Made by a program: the position numbers and the translations under genes. The notes beneath the pieces are model-generated. The model saw only the letters and a list, made by a program, of their open reading frames with translations, ran no database searches and was not told the origin of the DNA. Shown in pieces: positions 1 to 12,360 of a DNA stretch of 64,000 bases (its first letter is position 1; the number at the start of each line of letters is the position of its first letter). The stretch covers positions 310,001 through 374,000 of the forward strand of contig JAIVFI010000040.1 in assembly GCA_025558095.1 (NCBI GenBank), read 5' to 3'. Origin of the DNA: Hyaloraphidium curvatum SAG 235-1 (lineage: Eukaryota; Fungi; Monoblepharomycota).

Positions 1-957
1 GCGTGACGTGGGAGCCAAGAAGCCGGCCACGACGGCGAAGAGCTCGAGGGGGAGCGGCGGGCCCGTCGCTGCACTCCGGCAGCCCGCTGCATGATTGTGC
101 TCGATGCGACGGCGCTTACGCGGCGGGGGCATCGCTTCGTTGGTTCGACTGGTTTGCGTGCTTGGTGGCCGGTCGACCAGTCATCGATCGGCGTCCATGG
201 GCTTGAGTGCTCGAACCACGTAGCGTCGCGTCTGACAAAAGCGTCGCTACTTTGGATGGATTGCATACTCGTGGAAGCGCGTCTGCTATGGTCCAAAGTA
301 GTAAGAGCAAGTTGCCGGAGGCGATCCTCAACCCGTCGCGCGACCGACTGATCGCAGGAGGATATCGGAAGCTTGCGGATCCGATCCACTTCGCAATGGC
401 GCGGTCTTGCATCGGGTGAGCGGGAGGTGGCCAGTGCGATACACAGCAGTGGCCGCGCGGGGGGATGCGGACCTCCGGCCCGGCCCTGGGTGGGACGGAG
501 ATTCATCGCGCTGCGGCCCCGTCCTCAAACCGGATTCCCGTGCCGAAACCCGAATCGTCCGAAACATCGCTTGGCCATACATGGCCGAGTACCGACGGCG
601 GCCGGAGACTTTTGGCTCAGCCGGCCGGTCCCGCGCAAGGACGCAGGCATATGAGGCGTCGGCGCAACGCCCCCCGGACAGGACGTGCATCCTGGGTGAA
701 CCCTCCCGAAGGGAGAGACCGGATCCAAGTCGGAGTGCAATGCTTGGATTCCGCCAGCATTTGCTGCGAGATCGGAGCGTTCGAGGTATCGGGGGGACCA
801 GCGGCGGTTCCGGCCGCGGAACGCTCCACCCGCTGCCCTTCCGCAGGCGACGCCGCGCGCAACCCGCCATGCAACGCCGCCGCCCGGCCCGGGCTAAAAG
901 AACGCGCCTTGAGACGGGAGAACGCGCCTCCCGCGCCCGCCGCCGCCGCCGCCCGCC

Positions 958-3900
958 ATGACCGCCGCGGATCCCGCGAAGACGAAGGCCGCGCTCGCCC
1001 CGCCGGGCCCCGCGTCCCACGCCGCGGACGTCTTCGCGCTCTCGACCGCCGACCTCTCGAAGATCATCGACTTCGACAGCCGCGGCGACGCCGACTACGT
1101 GCAGCGCGTGTTCCACGCAGAGGCCGGCGGCCAGGCCGGGCTCGCGCAGGCCCTGCGCACCGATTTTGACAGGGGCCTCGACTGCTTCGCGCCGGGCGAG
1201 GCCGGTGCCGCTGTGCCGCAGGCAGCAGCCCGCTCCGGCTTCCTCGGGGGTCTGTTCGGGGCCGGGACAGCCAGCGAGAGCTCGCAGGCGCTGCAGCCCC
1301 GCGACGCCGCCGAGCGCGTGCGCCTCTACGGCATCAACAAGGTCGAGGTGCCACCCAGGCCCTCCCTGCTCAAGTTGATCTGGGACTTCATCAAGACCGA
1401 TGTGCGTTCCGTGTTGTCTGCCGTCTGCTCTGCGCACCTGACGTCGGATCCGCCACAACCCCTCAGGTCATCGTGCAAGTGCTCCTCGTCGGAGCCACCA
1501 TCGTCCTTATTCTCGGCACGGCCACCAACCCCGAGCGCGGATGGTACGAAGGGACCGCCATCTTCGTCGCCGTCGGCATCGTCCTGGTCGTCACGAGCCT
1601 GAACGACTACATCAAGGAGGGCAAGTTCCGCAAGATGATGGAGCTGGGCAACGACAGGACGGTCGGTGTTTGCAGAAGCCGAGGCTGCCATTCGCATTCC
1701 GACTCAAAAGACGTCTGCAGATAAAGGTCATTCGCGGCGGGCAGTCCATCACCGTCTCGACCTTCGACCTCCTCGTCGGCGACGTCGTCATCCTCTCGGT
1801 CGGCGACGAGATTCCCGCCGACGGCTTCGTCATCAGCTCCTCGCGCCTGGCCGTTGATGAGTCCCCGCTCACGGGCGAGCCCATCGCCGTCAAGAAGGAT
1901 CCCGTGTCGGCACCCTTCGTGTTCGGCGGCACCTTTGTCGGCGAGGGCTCCGGCACCATGTGCGTCACCGCCGTCGGCCGGCATTCTGCTGGCGGCAAGA
2001 TCCAGCACCTGCTCTTCCTCCGCGGCGGCGGCAAGGCCGACGACGGGGACAGCATCGCAAGCAGCACTTCCGACTTCAAGGGCGCCACCGACAACGTCGG
2101 CACCGCCGAGATGACCCCGCTCCAGCTCCGCCTGCGCAAGGTCGCCATCCTCGTCGGCAAGGTCGGCGTCGCCGCGGGCATAGTCACCTTCCTGGCCCTC
2201 TCGATCCGCTGGGCGCTCGGGCTCGCGAACCAGCTCAATTCGGGGACCCCGTTCGAGGCGAGCATGCTCATCGGAGTCGTCGAGGCCTTCGTGGTCGGGG
2301 TCACCATCGTCGTCGTCGCCGTTCCTGGTGCGTGCACGGCGCCCTTGTCCAGCGCAGACTGTTGACTTCCACCGCTTCCCCCAGAGGGCCTCCCGCTCAC
2401 CGTCACCATCCTGCTGGCCTACTCGATGCTCCGCATGATCAAGGAGAACTGCTTCGTGCGGCACCTGGACGCCTCCGAGACCATGGGCGAGGCCACCTGC
2501 ATCTGCACCGACAAGACCGGCACGCTCACCGAGAACCGCATGACGGTGGTCAAGGTGCTCTCCGGGGGCCGCAGCGTCGAGCTGGAGCGCGCGGGGGCCG
2601 CCGCCGAGGACCCCGCGGCGGCGTTCGGGGCGCCCGTGAGGGAGCTGCTCGCCGAGGCCGTCAGCGTCAACTCGACCGCTTTCATCAGGCAGGCCGAGCC
2701 TGCAGCCAAAGGCAAGCCCGCCGGCGGGGCGCCCGAGTTCGTCGGCTCCGCGACCGAGGGCGCCATGCTCGTGTTTTCGGGCAGGATCGGGTACCCCGAC
2801 TACGAGGCCATCCGCAAGAGCACCGAGACGGCCGAGAATGGGGTCTGGCCCTTTTCTTCGGTCCGCAAGCGCATGTCCACCCTCGTCGTCAAGCCCCACG
2901 GGTACCGCCTGCACGTCAAGGGCGCCTCGGAGATCCTGCTGGGCCTCTGCACCCGCCGCACGTCGTCGACCGGGGACATCGCGCCCGTTCCGATCTTGCC
3001 CGCGGAGCGCGCCGACCTCGAGCGGACCATCCGCGAGTGGGCCTCGGAGGGGCTCAGGACCATCGGCATCGCCTACAGGGACGTGGAGAAGCTGCCCGAC
3101 ATGTCGGCCGGCGAGGCGTCCGGCGAGGGCGCCAACCCGCTCGAGACGGACCTCGTCTTCCTCGCTCTGGTGGGGATCAAGGACCCGCTGCGCAAGGAGG
3201 TCCCCGCGGCGGTGGCGGCCTGCCAGGGCGCGGGCATGGTCGTGCGCATGGTCACGGGCGACAACATCCTGACGGCGACCAAGATCGCGGCCGAGTGCGG
3301 GATCCTCGACGTCAGCAAGGGCCACGTCGCCATCGAGGGGCCCGAGTTCCGCGCCATGACGGACGACGAGAGGCGGGCCATCCTGCCCAGCATGCGCGTG
3401 CTCGCACGGTCGAGCCCCTCGGACAAGTTCATCCTGGTCTCGTTGCTCCGGTGGGTGGTCTCGGGGCCCACTCCTCGCGCATCCACTGACCTTCCTTCCC
3501 GTCTCCAGCGCGCTGGGCGAGACGGTTGCGGTCACGGGTGATGGTACCAACGACGCCGCCGCCCTCAACGAGGCCGACGTCGGCTTCGCCATGGGCATCT
3601 CGGGCACCCAGATCGCCATGAACGCCTCCGACATCGTGCTCACGGACGACAACTTCTCCTCCATCGTCAACGGCATCCGCTGGGGCCGCAACGTGTACGA
3701 CGGCATCCGCAAGTTCCTGCAGTTCCAGCTCTCGGTCAACGTCATCGCCATCGTACTCACCCTCGTCGGCTCCGTCGCCTGGGGCCGCGCGCCGCTCAAC
3801 ACCGTGCAGCTCCTCTGGGTCAACCTCATCATGGACTCGCTCGGCGCGGTCGCCTTGGCTTCGGACCGGCCTGGCGAGGAGATCCTCAAGCAGAAGCCGC

Positions 3901-4639
3901 ACTCGCGCAGCGAGCACGTCATCAACAAGGGCATGTACTTCTACATGGGTTGCATGATCGTGTTCCAGCTGGCTATGCTCCTGTGTCTGTTGTTCTTCGG
4001 CGAGACCATGGTGGGTGGACGTCACAAGCCGTTCAGCATCGCACTGGCTGACGATCTCCGCAGGTCATGTACACCGAGACGCCCGGCGAGGTCTGCGACT
4101 ACAACCCGTACACGGTCGGCCACGAGGCGACCTGGCTCGACAGCTGCCGCGGCACCTGGATCCTCACGGTCACCTTCACCACCTTCATCATGCTCCAGAT
4201 CTTCAACCTCGTCACCTGCCGGCAGCTGGACTTTGGCCTCAACGTCTTCCGCGGCCTCGACCAGAACTGGATCTTCCACGCCATGATCGCCGGCATCGTC
4301 GCCGTGCAGGTCGTCGTCGTGCAGTTCGGCTCGGGCTTCGTGGGCACCGTTCCGCTCGGCTGGCGCGAGTGGCTCCTCTGCACCGCCTGGGCCTCGCTGC
4401 TGCCGATATACGTCGTCCTCACCCGGATCGCGCGGAGGGTGTTCCTCGCCTGGTGGGATCCCAGCCACCCGCAGCCCGCGCGGGGGGAGATGGTCGAGGC
4501 GGGCAAAGCGGCCGAGGTCGCGATTGCGGTGCCCCTGGCGCCGCTGCGGGAGTCGCCTTCGGAGTCGACGCTGGGTGGCGGGGAGGAGGTCGGGAAGGAG
4601 GTGGACAAGGTCAAGCGGGAGGGTACGGACCTCGTGTAG
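958..4639 (+). CDS. PMC1: P2B (PMCA/PMC1-type) calcium-transporting P-type ATPase, multi-exon
   Basis: Motifs: DESPLTGE, PEGLPL (rebuilt across intron 2328-2384), ICTDKTGTLT, KGASE, MVTGDN, VTGDGTNDA, QFQLSVN, VQLLWVNLIMD. Introns at 1402-1466, 1662-1720, 2328-2384, about 3451-3508 and about 4011-4063. Stop TAG at 4637-4639. Confidence 0.95.
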
Positions 4640-4994
4640 ACTGCTTTAGAGGCCCATAGCTTAGCTTGGGGCGGGGAGTGGGGAGGGATGGGAAGCATAC
4701 ATCCAACATAGACGCTTCATTCTCAACTACAGCGGTCGCCTGCCGACGGCTACATGCTATCCATTCTCGGCCCTAGAATGGGCAGTATCTCCATCGTTTC
4801 CCGTCGACCGCTCCATTCACCATCTCCAGCTCGCAGCTCGCGTCGGGACGACGATGCTTGTGCTGACCCGCAAGAACGAAGTCTCGCGCAAAGATCCTCG
4901 CCTCCACCAAGACCCTCTCGGCCCGAACACCTTGCGTCTTCAGATGAACGAGTCGCGCCTTTTGAGACGGACGCACGTTCCGGCCGCGCTTCCA

Positions 4995-5585
4995 ATGTCC
5001 ACTCGACCATTCCTGCCCCCCCTGGAGCACCGCGAAGGCGACGTCATGCTCCGAGCATATCGTCCGGGGGACGGCGAGGCCCTCCGCGAGTCGATTGTCT
5101 CCTCCTACGAACACCTCAGACCATGGATCCCGTGGGCCACACAGGAGCTCACGCCACGCGAGGCCGAGGCCAAAGTGCGGAAATGGTGCGCAGAGTACCT
5201 CGAAAACACGGCGTTCAGGGTGGGCATATGGGTTGAGGGGCGGCACGTCGGCGGGACCGGCTTCCTCCTCCGTGGAAAGGATATTTCGGAGGGGAACGGC
5301 GAGATTGGTATGTGGCTCGCGGCCGAGCAATCCGGAAAGGGTTTCGGGACGATAGTGCTCGAGATGGTGCTGCGATGGGGGTTCTCGGACGAATGGCCGT
5401 GCTGGCAGAGGCTGTTCTGGTGCACGGACGCGAAGAACGTCGGCAGCGCGAGGGTCGCGGAAAAGGGCGGCATGAAGAATGAGGGGACGCATCGGGGTGA
5501 GGTACTGGACGTCGAGGGGAAGAGAGCAGACCTCATGGTGTTTGCGCTGTTGCGGGAGGAGTGGGTGGAACGGAGCAGGGCATAG
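4995..5585 (+). CDS. RimJ/RimL-family GNAT N-acetyltransferase, intronless
   Basis: LRPWIPWA, EIGMWLAAEQSGKGFGT (acetyl-CoA motif A) and NVGSARVAEKGGMKNEG. ATG at 4995 chosen as the likely start. Confidence 0.88.
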   Translation: MSTRPFLPPLEHREGDVMLRAYRPGDGEALRESIVSSYEHLRPWIPWATQELTPREAEAKVRKWCAEYLENTAFRVGIWVEGRHVGGTGFLLRGKDISEGNGEIGMWLAAEQSGKGFGTIVLEMVLRWGFSDEWPCWQRLFWCTDAKNVGSARVAEKGGMKNEGTHRGEVLDVEGKRADLMVFALLREEWVERSRA

Positions 5586-5758
5586 CATTCAGTTCGCAAA
5601 CAGCAGTACTCCATGCAATCATCAATCGACTCAGCTTGTCCATCATCGCTCGTGAGCAGTTAGGGAAGCTTGCTTTGGCGGTGAATCGACGCTGGTGACT
5701 CATCAGCGCCAAACGTCGCATCTCCACTGAGTTGAAGATGGTCTTCCACCACCAAGGC

Positions 5759-6124
5759 ATGAAGACCGCCGATGCCTCCGCCTCCCTGCTCCTCCGCGCC
5801 GCGGCAGCCGTCAACCTCCTCGGCGCCATCGGCTTCGCCCTCCAATCCCGCCGCTCCGTTCCGCGCCCGGCCAGCACGTACCCCGCCGACCTGGCCGCCT
5901 CTATGATCGCCACTTTCGGCCTCGGGTATCTCCTCGCGTCGCTCGACCTCCCGCGGTTCTGGCCGCTGGCGGCGCTGGGTGTGTTCGGCAAGGCTTTCGC
6001 GGCGGCGGTGATGCTGGCACACGCCGTGAGGGGCAAGGAGGGAATTTCGGCGGCGGCGTCGGCGGCTATCGACGGCACGTTCGCGGCGCTCATGTACAGG
6101 ATGCTGCAGCGGCACGCTCTCTGA
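5759..6124 (+). CDS. small 3-4 TM membrane protein of unknown function
   Basis: Coding-like codon usage and hydrophobic segments such as TFGLGYLLASLDLPRFWPLAALGVFGKAFAA. Confidence 0.6.
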   Translation: MKTADASASLLLRAAAAVNLLGAIGFALQSRRSVPRPASTYPADLAASMIATFGLGYLLASLDLPRFWPLAALGVFGKAFAAAVMLAHAVRGKEGISAAASAAIDGTFAALMYRMLQRHAL

Positions 6125-6254
6125 GGTGGGAGCGCCCTCGACCGATTTGGACCACATTGATAACCAGCGCCATGCAGGCTTTCGAATCTTTAGCTTCTTC
6201 CGTCTTGACCGTCAATTGGACTTCTGGGAACGAACATGTCGAACTACAGGCCCG

Positions 6255-8379
6255 TCACGCCCAACCAAAGTACTCGTTGGCCAGCCACTCCGTGCCCTCC
6301 TCACCTCCATCGAGCCAGCACAAGCACGACACGTTGTCGTTCCCCGCCCTCTCCCCGATCCTCGTCCCCGCCATCTGCTGCGTCCGGAACGCGGCGTCCA
6401 TCATCGGCCCCGTGTCCCACGCGCAAACCTTGCCAAGTCCGAGCCTGCGCGCCTCGCCCGCGCATGCTAGGAGCAGCGCGGCCGCGTGCCCCTCTCCATC
6501 GGCGCCAGCTGCGAGCCGGGTGCGCTGCACCCGCAGCGTCGACGAGGGAAAGTCCGCGTACACGGCGACGTACGACCACGGTTCCCCGGAGGCGGGATCG
6601 CCGACCGCGAACCCGGCCTGCATCTCCGCTTCCCGCGCGCCCGGGGCGCCGATCTCGGCCTGGTAGAAGAGCGACCGCGCGCGGAGCCACCTCATCGCAG
6701 CAAGGTCGGGGAGCACGGCGAATGCGCGCTTGCCGGCCAGGCTTGCGCGGGCGAGGTCAGCGATGAGGAGGGAGAGGTCGGCGGGAAGGTAAGATTCCAG
6801 GAGGGTGGCCTCGAGGAGGGGCTCCGCTGCGGGGAGGCCGGGTGACTCGGGCAGCGGGGCGTTGCCGAGAAATAGCACGGCCTCCTTGGAGGGGAAGGAC
6901 GCCCAGCCCAGCGCGGCGTAGAAATCCCGGCCGATGCCCGAGTAAAGCGTCGAAGCCACAAGCGGCGGCCCCTCTGCCCGCAAACGCTCCCTCAGCTGCC
7001 TCATCATCTCCCTCGCGAACCCGCGCCCGCGCAGGTGCGCCGACGTGCACACCGCCCCGACCACGGCGACCTCGCCGCGGTGCACGTCCCCCTGGACCGC
7101 CCACGCGCACGGCCGGACAAAGGTCCGGCACGTCGACGTCCATTTGCCGCCGGCCTTGAGCACCCAGTTGCGCGCGGCCGCACCAAACGGCAGCGCGCAG
7201 AGCATTTCCTCGCGCGCGAGGTACCGCTCGAGGGGAAGGGGCGCGCCAAAGGAGGGGTGCTTGCGGATTCGTTGCCGGACCACCTCGGAGGGCGCATCGG
7301 CGGGCTCCAGAATGAGCTGGGGATCCGAAGCCAGCGATGCAGTTGGTCCAAGGGCCACCTGTTGGTGGGAGCCTGGATCAGCGATCCTCGCCTCCGGGTG
7401 CGGCGGGGCTGGCGTCGACCTCGGGCCACGAAGCAATCTCGGCGCCGCGCCTCTTCATGATGTCGGCGGTCCTCGACTTGATCCACCGCGTGTTGCCCCA
7501 CCATCCCCACCCGGCGAGGAAGCGGGCATAGTCGAGCAGCGCGACCTCGAAATCGTCCATCATCCGCTCGAACGGATACGCGAATTCCAGGTCCGAAGCG
7601 CGGGCGAGCTCGACGAGCCGCCCGTGGTAGAAGGCGAGCAGATCGCGCTCCTTCTTCGCCAGCAGCTGCGCATTGACAGACGAAGCCAAGACGTACGCCA
7701 CGTCCTGCACCCCGAGCCCGCGCCCGGCGTACTGGAAGTCGCACGCGGCGCAGGCCGAGCCGTCCCTCGAGAAGAGGAAGTTCTCGGCCTTGGCGTCGCC
7801 ATGGACCAGCGTCCGCCACGGGACGTCGCTGCGCAGCCTCACATCGAGCTTGGCGGCGAGTGACTTTAGCTCCTTGTGGGAGTTGGGGATCGCGGCTAGC
7901 TCGTCGCCGCGGGTCGCCAGATGCCAGTAGGTTCCCTGCTCCCAGAGTCCCTCCCCGTCGTTCCCGACGAAGGCGGCATGGAACGCCGCGAGCCACGAAA
8001 GCACGGCCTTGGCCTCGCGCTCGTCCAGCTCCTCCCTGGACCCCGGAAACCGCACAGCCAAATCCTCCAGCACGAAGCGGAACCTCCCCTCGGTCGCCTC
8101 CAGCCCGTGCACCGCAGCCACCTCGGCCCCCGTGCCGCGCAGCCGCGCCGCGTAATCTCTGTAAAACCACATCTCGTTCGCGTAGGAGCGAAGCCTCCTC
8201 GCGTGCGCGACGCCAGAGCCGGAAGGCGGGAGCACGAGCTTCTCCACGCAGGGCTCGCCCGACGGCAGGCGGCCCCGGACGAGGGTGCCGTAGCCGGCCC
8301 ACAGAGATTGGATTGGCGAGGGAGAGAGGAGCGGGGGGAGCGCCGGAAGGGCCGAGGAGGCATCTCGTCGGGGGCCCAT
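6255..8379 (-). CDS. fusion of an ecdysteroid-kinase/choline-kinase-like (APH superfamily) phosphotransferase with a LYC1-type GNAT acetyltransferase
   Basis: N-half: IQSLWAGYG, SYANEMWFY, TLVHGDAKAENFLF, DFQYAGRG...DVAY. C-half: VCTSAHLRGRGFAREMM, STLYSGIGRDFYAALGW, WLANEYFGWA*. A 61-nt intron at 7419-7359 (GTCGAC...GCTGAT...CAACAG) joins the halves in frame. The GNAT half has no ATG ahead of its first conserved block. Confidence 0.75.
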
Positions 8380-8565
8380 GCGACGCGTTCGGGGCGCGCT
8401 GGACGCGTTTCCAGGTCGTTCCTGCGCTTGAACGCCAGAGCTTTGCGTGCGATATTCAAGATCAAGTTGGAAAACAGCTCCAATAGCCGCTCGCCCCGGA
8501 GGACGGCACAATGCGAGGGGCGGAAGGGATTGGATCGTTTTCCCCAACGAAGTCCTCGGATCAAA

Positions 8566-9930
8566 ATGGCAGCCGTCGAGGCCGCTCCTCCTTCTTTGGC
8601 GACGCAGCCGGCGGAGATCCTCTTTGCCGTGTTTGTGGACCTGGACCTGGCCGACCTGTATCGCCTGCGCGTGCTCTGCCGGGGGGTCGGGACCGCGGCC
8701 ACGGACGCGTTCCTGGCCCGGGTGAAGCCTGTGCACCGAAAAGGACCCCGATCTGTTCCTTGATTTCGTGAAAAGCGTGCGTGCAGACGACCATTGGACG
8801 TTGCATCCCCTCGCCGTCGATCCGCTCGGGGTCAGGTCCATCGGCTGCCTGCTGCGGCGCTGCGGGGTGCCGGCGAACTCGTTCGCCGCTTGCGCCGTGT
8901 TCGACTATGTTGCCGAGCTGCGAGACATGTGGGCTCATCCGGAGGGACAACTGGGCTCTTTACCTGGGGGGCTCGGGGCCGCGCTCGCCGACATCAGGCT
9001 GTTCTTCAAGCGCGAGTTCCTCAATACAAAAGTGGAGTTTCGGAACCTGCTCGGCGAGGACGATGATGAAATGCCCGACAAGACTCCCGTGCGCAGGTTC
9101 TTGGACGGGGCCGGGGTCCCAGTGGCGGAGCGGACCCAAATACTGCTGGAAATGCGGGAGCTCAGCTTTGGCGAGAAGTGGCCCCTGATCGCCGAGGGGG
9201 AGGGCTGGTGGAGCCCTGATCTGGACGATGAGGTCGAGGAGCTCGAAGAGTTCTTCGGCAGCGGCTTCGCGCGGATGGTCGCGGCAGCTCGCAAAGAATC
9301 GGCTGGTAATCGGCCACGCACCATCTCCCTCCTGGAATCCGCACTAGGACATTGGGCACTTGAGACGCTTCCTATGTGTTCGCTTTTTCTCCCGCCCTGG
9401 ACTGGCACGATAAGGCGCTGCTTTTCGAGGAGCTTGTCACGCGCCAAGCTCTGGACACCACGCTGAGCTTTGACTTGTTCCATCGATTCTGGGACTGCGG
9501 CGGGCCGGACTTCCCTTTGCCTTGCGTTTCCGCCGATGACAGCCGTCTCTTCCTCCATGCCATATCTTCCCATCCGTGCTTTCCCGGTCTCGTGGCGGAA
9601 ATGGTGGTTCGGCATGCGTGGCCCAGGCACGTTGACCCGGAAAAGCCGCACCTCGGTCTCGACGGTGCGCTTTCGACGCTTTCGTTTGCAGCCGCGTTCG
9701 AGCAGCGCATCTGTTCCGAGGCCGACGCCCGAACGGCCGAGAATCTTGAGGACGGGCTCGTCGCCTTCTTCCGCGCCAACGACGGCGCCATCCGCGAAGC
9801 ATGGTGGGAGCTGGACGTGCGTTCGATCATCAAGCACACGGGGCACTTGTTTGTCGAGCGTGCGCGCATGCACATGCTCCAGAACGCAATCTTTAGGGCT
9901 AGGGGCAGGTCCGTTGGGATCCGGGACTAA
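8566..9930 (+). pseudogene. F-box-like protein (family A) with two frameshifts
   Basis: N-terminal F-box-like SLATQPAEILFAVFVDLDLADLYRLRVLCR. Frameshifts near 8728 and 9371. The second is confirmed by colinearity with the paralog at 15237-15825 (LLESALGHWALETL.YVFAFSPALDWHDK vs LLEAAIGHWSDRDIAYVFALSPALDWPDK). Confidence 0.7.
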
Positions 9931-10073
9931 GCTGAGTACACGGACCCTTCGCAAACCGAATGAACTGTAGGTTGCCGAATGGACTGTGCATTGGAAGGAT
10001 GTAAAGCTTCGGTCATGGCTTCTCCCTGCATTCCCGCGGATTCCGAGCCCTGCTTCCGTCCCTGAACGCTCGC

Positions 10074-12360
10074 TCACGCCGGTTTGACCGTCAATGCGGC
10101 AGACCCGCTCGATGCCAAAAGCATGGCGTTCCCGTCGAACCGTGCGGCGATCGTCGACGCCCCGATCCGCAGCGTCCTCGGAGCCGTGTAGACCGTGAAC
10201 GCCACCCCGCGGCCGTCGGTCCTCGCCCGTCCGACGGGCGCTCCGTTGACCCTGAACGCCACCTCGACACCCGCCACCGCCCGCCCGTTATCCGCCCGCG
10301 CCAGCGTGGCGTACAGCCGCACCCTGCCCCCGCGCCGCACCCTTGCCGCCAGCACGCTCAGCGCGGTCTTGAAGGGGAAGCCCCGTGTGGTCGGGCATCG
10401 CACGCTCCCGCCCCATGCGCCGTCCCACTTGAGCACATCGCCCGGGGAGGCCGCCCACTTCGCGCAGGTTCCGAACGGCCTGCAGCTCCTCGAACGAGGA
10501 TTCCAGGTGTAGAACTTGCACGCCCGGGTGCGATCGGAGAAGCACGTAAGCTCACAATCATCTTGCGAAGCCAGGATCCGCTCGCCGAGGGGAGCCTCGA
10601 AGCAGGTCCTGTTTGCCGCACAGATCCCGAACCCTTTGTAGCCGGGGGGCAGCGCGGGACACGCCCGGACCCTGATCGAGGGGCAGTCCGCAGCGTCCTT
10701 GGCGCCGAAGAAGTTTCCGGGTGCCGGACCCGAGCTGCCCTTCGGGCACTTTGAGTCCTGGTATTGGCGGCACGTCCGGGCCGTAGGGTCGTAGCTGATC
10801 AGGAGACAGTTCAGCGCCTGATAGCAGTCGCTCTCGCAGAAGGCGAGCGTGGTGTTGTAGAAAACGAAGTGGGGTTCCCCGCAGCAGGTGCGGTTCCGGC
10901 CACAGTCGCCCAAAGAGATGAAGCCGGAGCTCGGCGGGCGAGGAGGCGGCACGGGTGGCACGAAGACGGCTGCGCGGTAGCCGGCGACCTCTGCCGCCAT
11001 GTTGTTTATCGTGCGCGCGTTGTCTGAGCGGTCGGCAATGCCCGTGGCGCGGCTCTTGTAGGCAACGTCGGGGTTGGAAAAGTGCGGGATGATCGGGCAC
11101 GGGTGTTCGATGAATGGGTTGTCCCCTTCGCATTCGTAAGCCATGATGGTGCGGAAAACGTCGGGGATCTTGTAGCCGTACGAGTAAGGGAACGCGCCCC
11201 GCCCGGGGTTGGGCCCGTCGGCGCCGGCGGCCTCGCGGTCGTGCTCGCAGCCCATTGTGTGGCCAAGTTCTGTGCAAGGGTGCGGAAGCGGAGTAATGGG
11301 CGTCACCATCGGCCAGGAGCGCTGCATTGGCGAGGGACCCACCATGTGCCAGGGTGAAATCGGCGATGCAACTCATGCTGATGACAGCGAACCCTTTCTG
11401 GTCGTTGCCCGCCGCGCCAGGCACCTCCGGGAGCAAGGCAAGTCCGCAAGTGTCCCACACTGTGGCATACAGTGCGACCAAGTCCGCCCCGTACTGATTT
11501 CGCAGGGCGGGGATGCCTTCCATACCGTTGGTTGCGTTTGCGAGGTGGTCAAGGGCGTTGTAGCTCATCTCTCCGTAGGTTGTGGATTCCACGTAGGCCA
11601 CCTGCGCGATGTGCACGAGACGGACGCGGATCGAGATGTTGCTGTTCCGGTACGCATCGTTCGCAAGCTGCAGGTCGTGATAGACGATGAAGTCGATTGT
11701 GCGGGTCAAGCCCAGATACCGGGCCACAGCCGGCGTGTAGACAACGAGGAGGTCGATGGTGCGTATGACCGGTGGGGCTGGGTCCAGGGCTGAAGTAGGA
11801 GGTGAAGACCTTGCGACATTTGCTGCGGGCCCGTCGTTCGTCAGGGGTCCGACGGCAACAGCGGGAGGTATGCCGGAGGTCGAGCGCGCGCTGGTGGTTC
11901 CGCACCGTGGCTTGGCTGGGCGGTTCACCTCCCGGAGCGTGTGTACGCCTCCTTCGCCGGGCATGATGTCGAACGCGGCACCACCGGCGAGGACAGTGCC
12001 GATGATTGAGCCTTCCGGGCTGAACGAGATGGCAACGTAGCCCGGCTCGGCACCCTCGATCGAGCCGAACCAGGTCTCCGCATCGCCGCCGGCGCTGCGG
12101 TGGCCGAAGACAACCGTGAAATTTACGTCGGCGAAAAACGGCAGGGCTATGCGTTCCGGTCCCCCCGCACGGAGCAGCGCGGCGTCGGCGGCCACCCGAC
12201 GGGCGCGGCGGGCGAGCGGGTCGGCGACGGGGAGCTCGTCGGCGGGCGGCAGGTCCGAGAAGAGCGCGGGGGCGGCCGCAGCCACCCCGACGAGGGCGAC
12301 CGCCGCGACCGCGTAGAGCAGGAGCCGAGGGGCGAATCCCGTGCGGTCACACCGCGCCAT
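10074..12360 (-). CDS. secreted metzincin (reprolysin-like / peptidyl-Asp metallopeptidase-like) with Cys-rich PAN/apple-like repeats and a C-terminal bacterial Ig-like domain
   Basis: Signal peptide LLLYAVAAVALVGVAAA and a prodomain. HELGHTMGCEHD is rebuilt across intron 11342-11270. Met-turn FRTIMAY, then IPHFSNP and DNARTIN. Two Cys-rich modules follow, then VAGVEVAFRVNG...ARTDGRGVA...ARFDGN. Confidence 0.85.

Noticed and set aside
1-950. Short ORFs at the window start
   Set aside because: No codon bias or motifs. This is probably the promoter and 5' UTR of the Ca2+-ATPase.
1607-3934. Long antisense or alternate-frame ORFs (775 aa here; also 25327-27399 and 56890-59637)
   Set aside because: These are shadows of GC-rich, codon-biased genes on the opposite strand and carry no motifs of their own.
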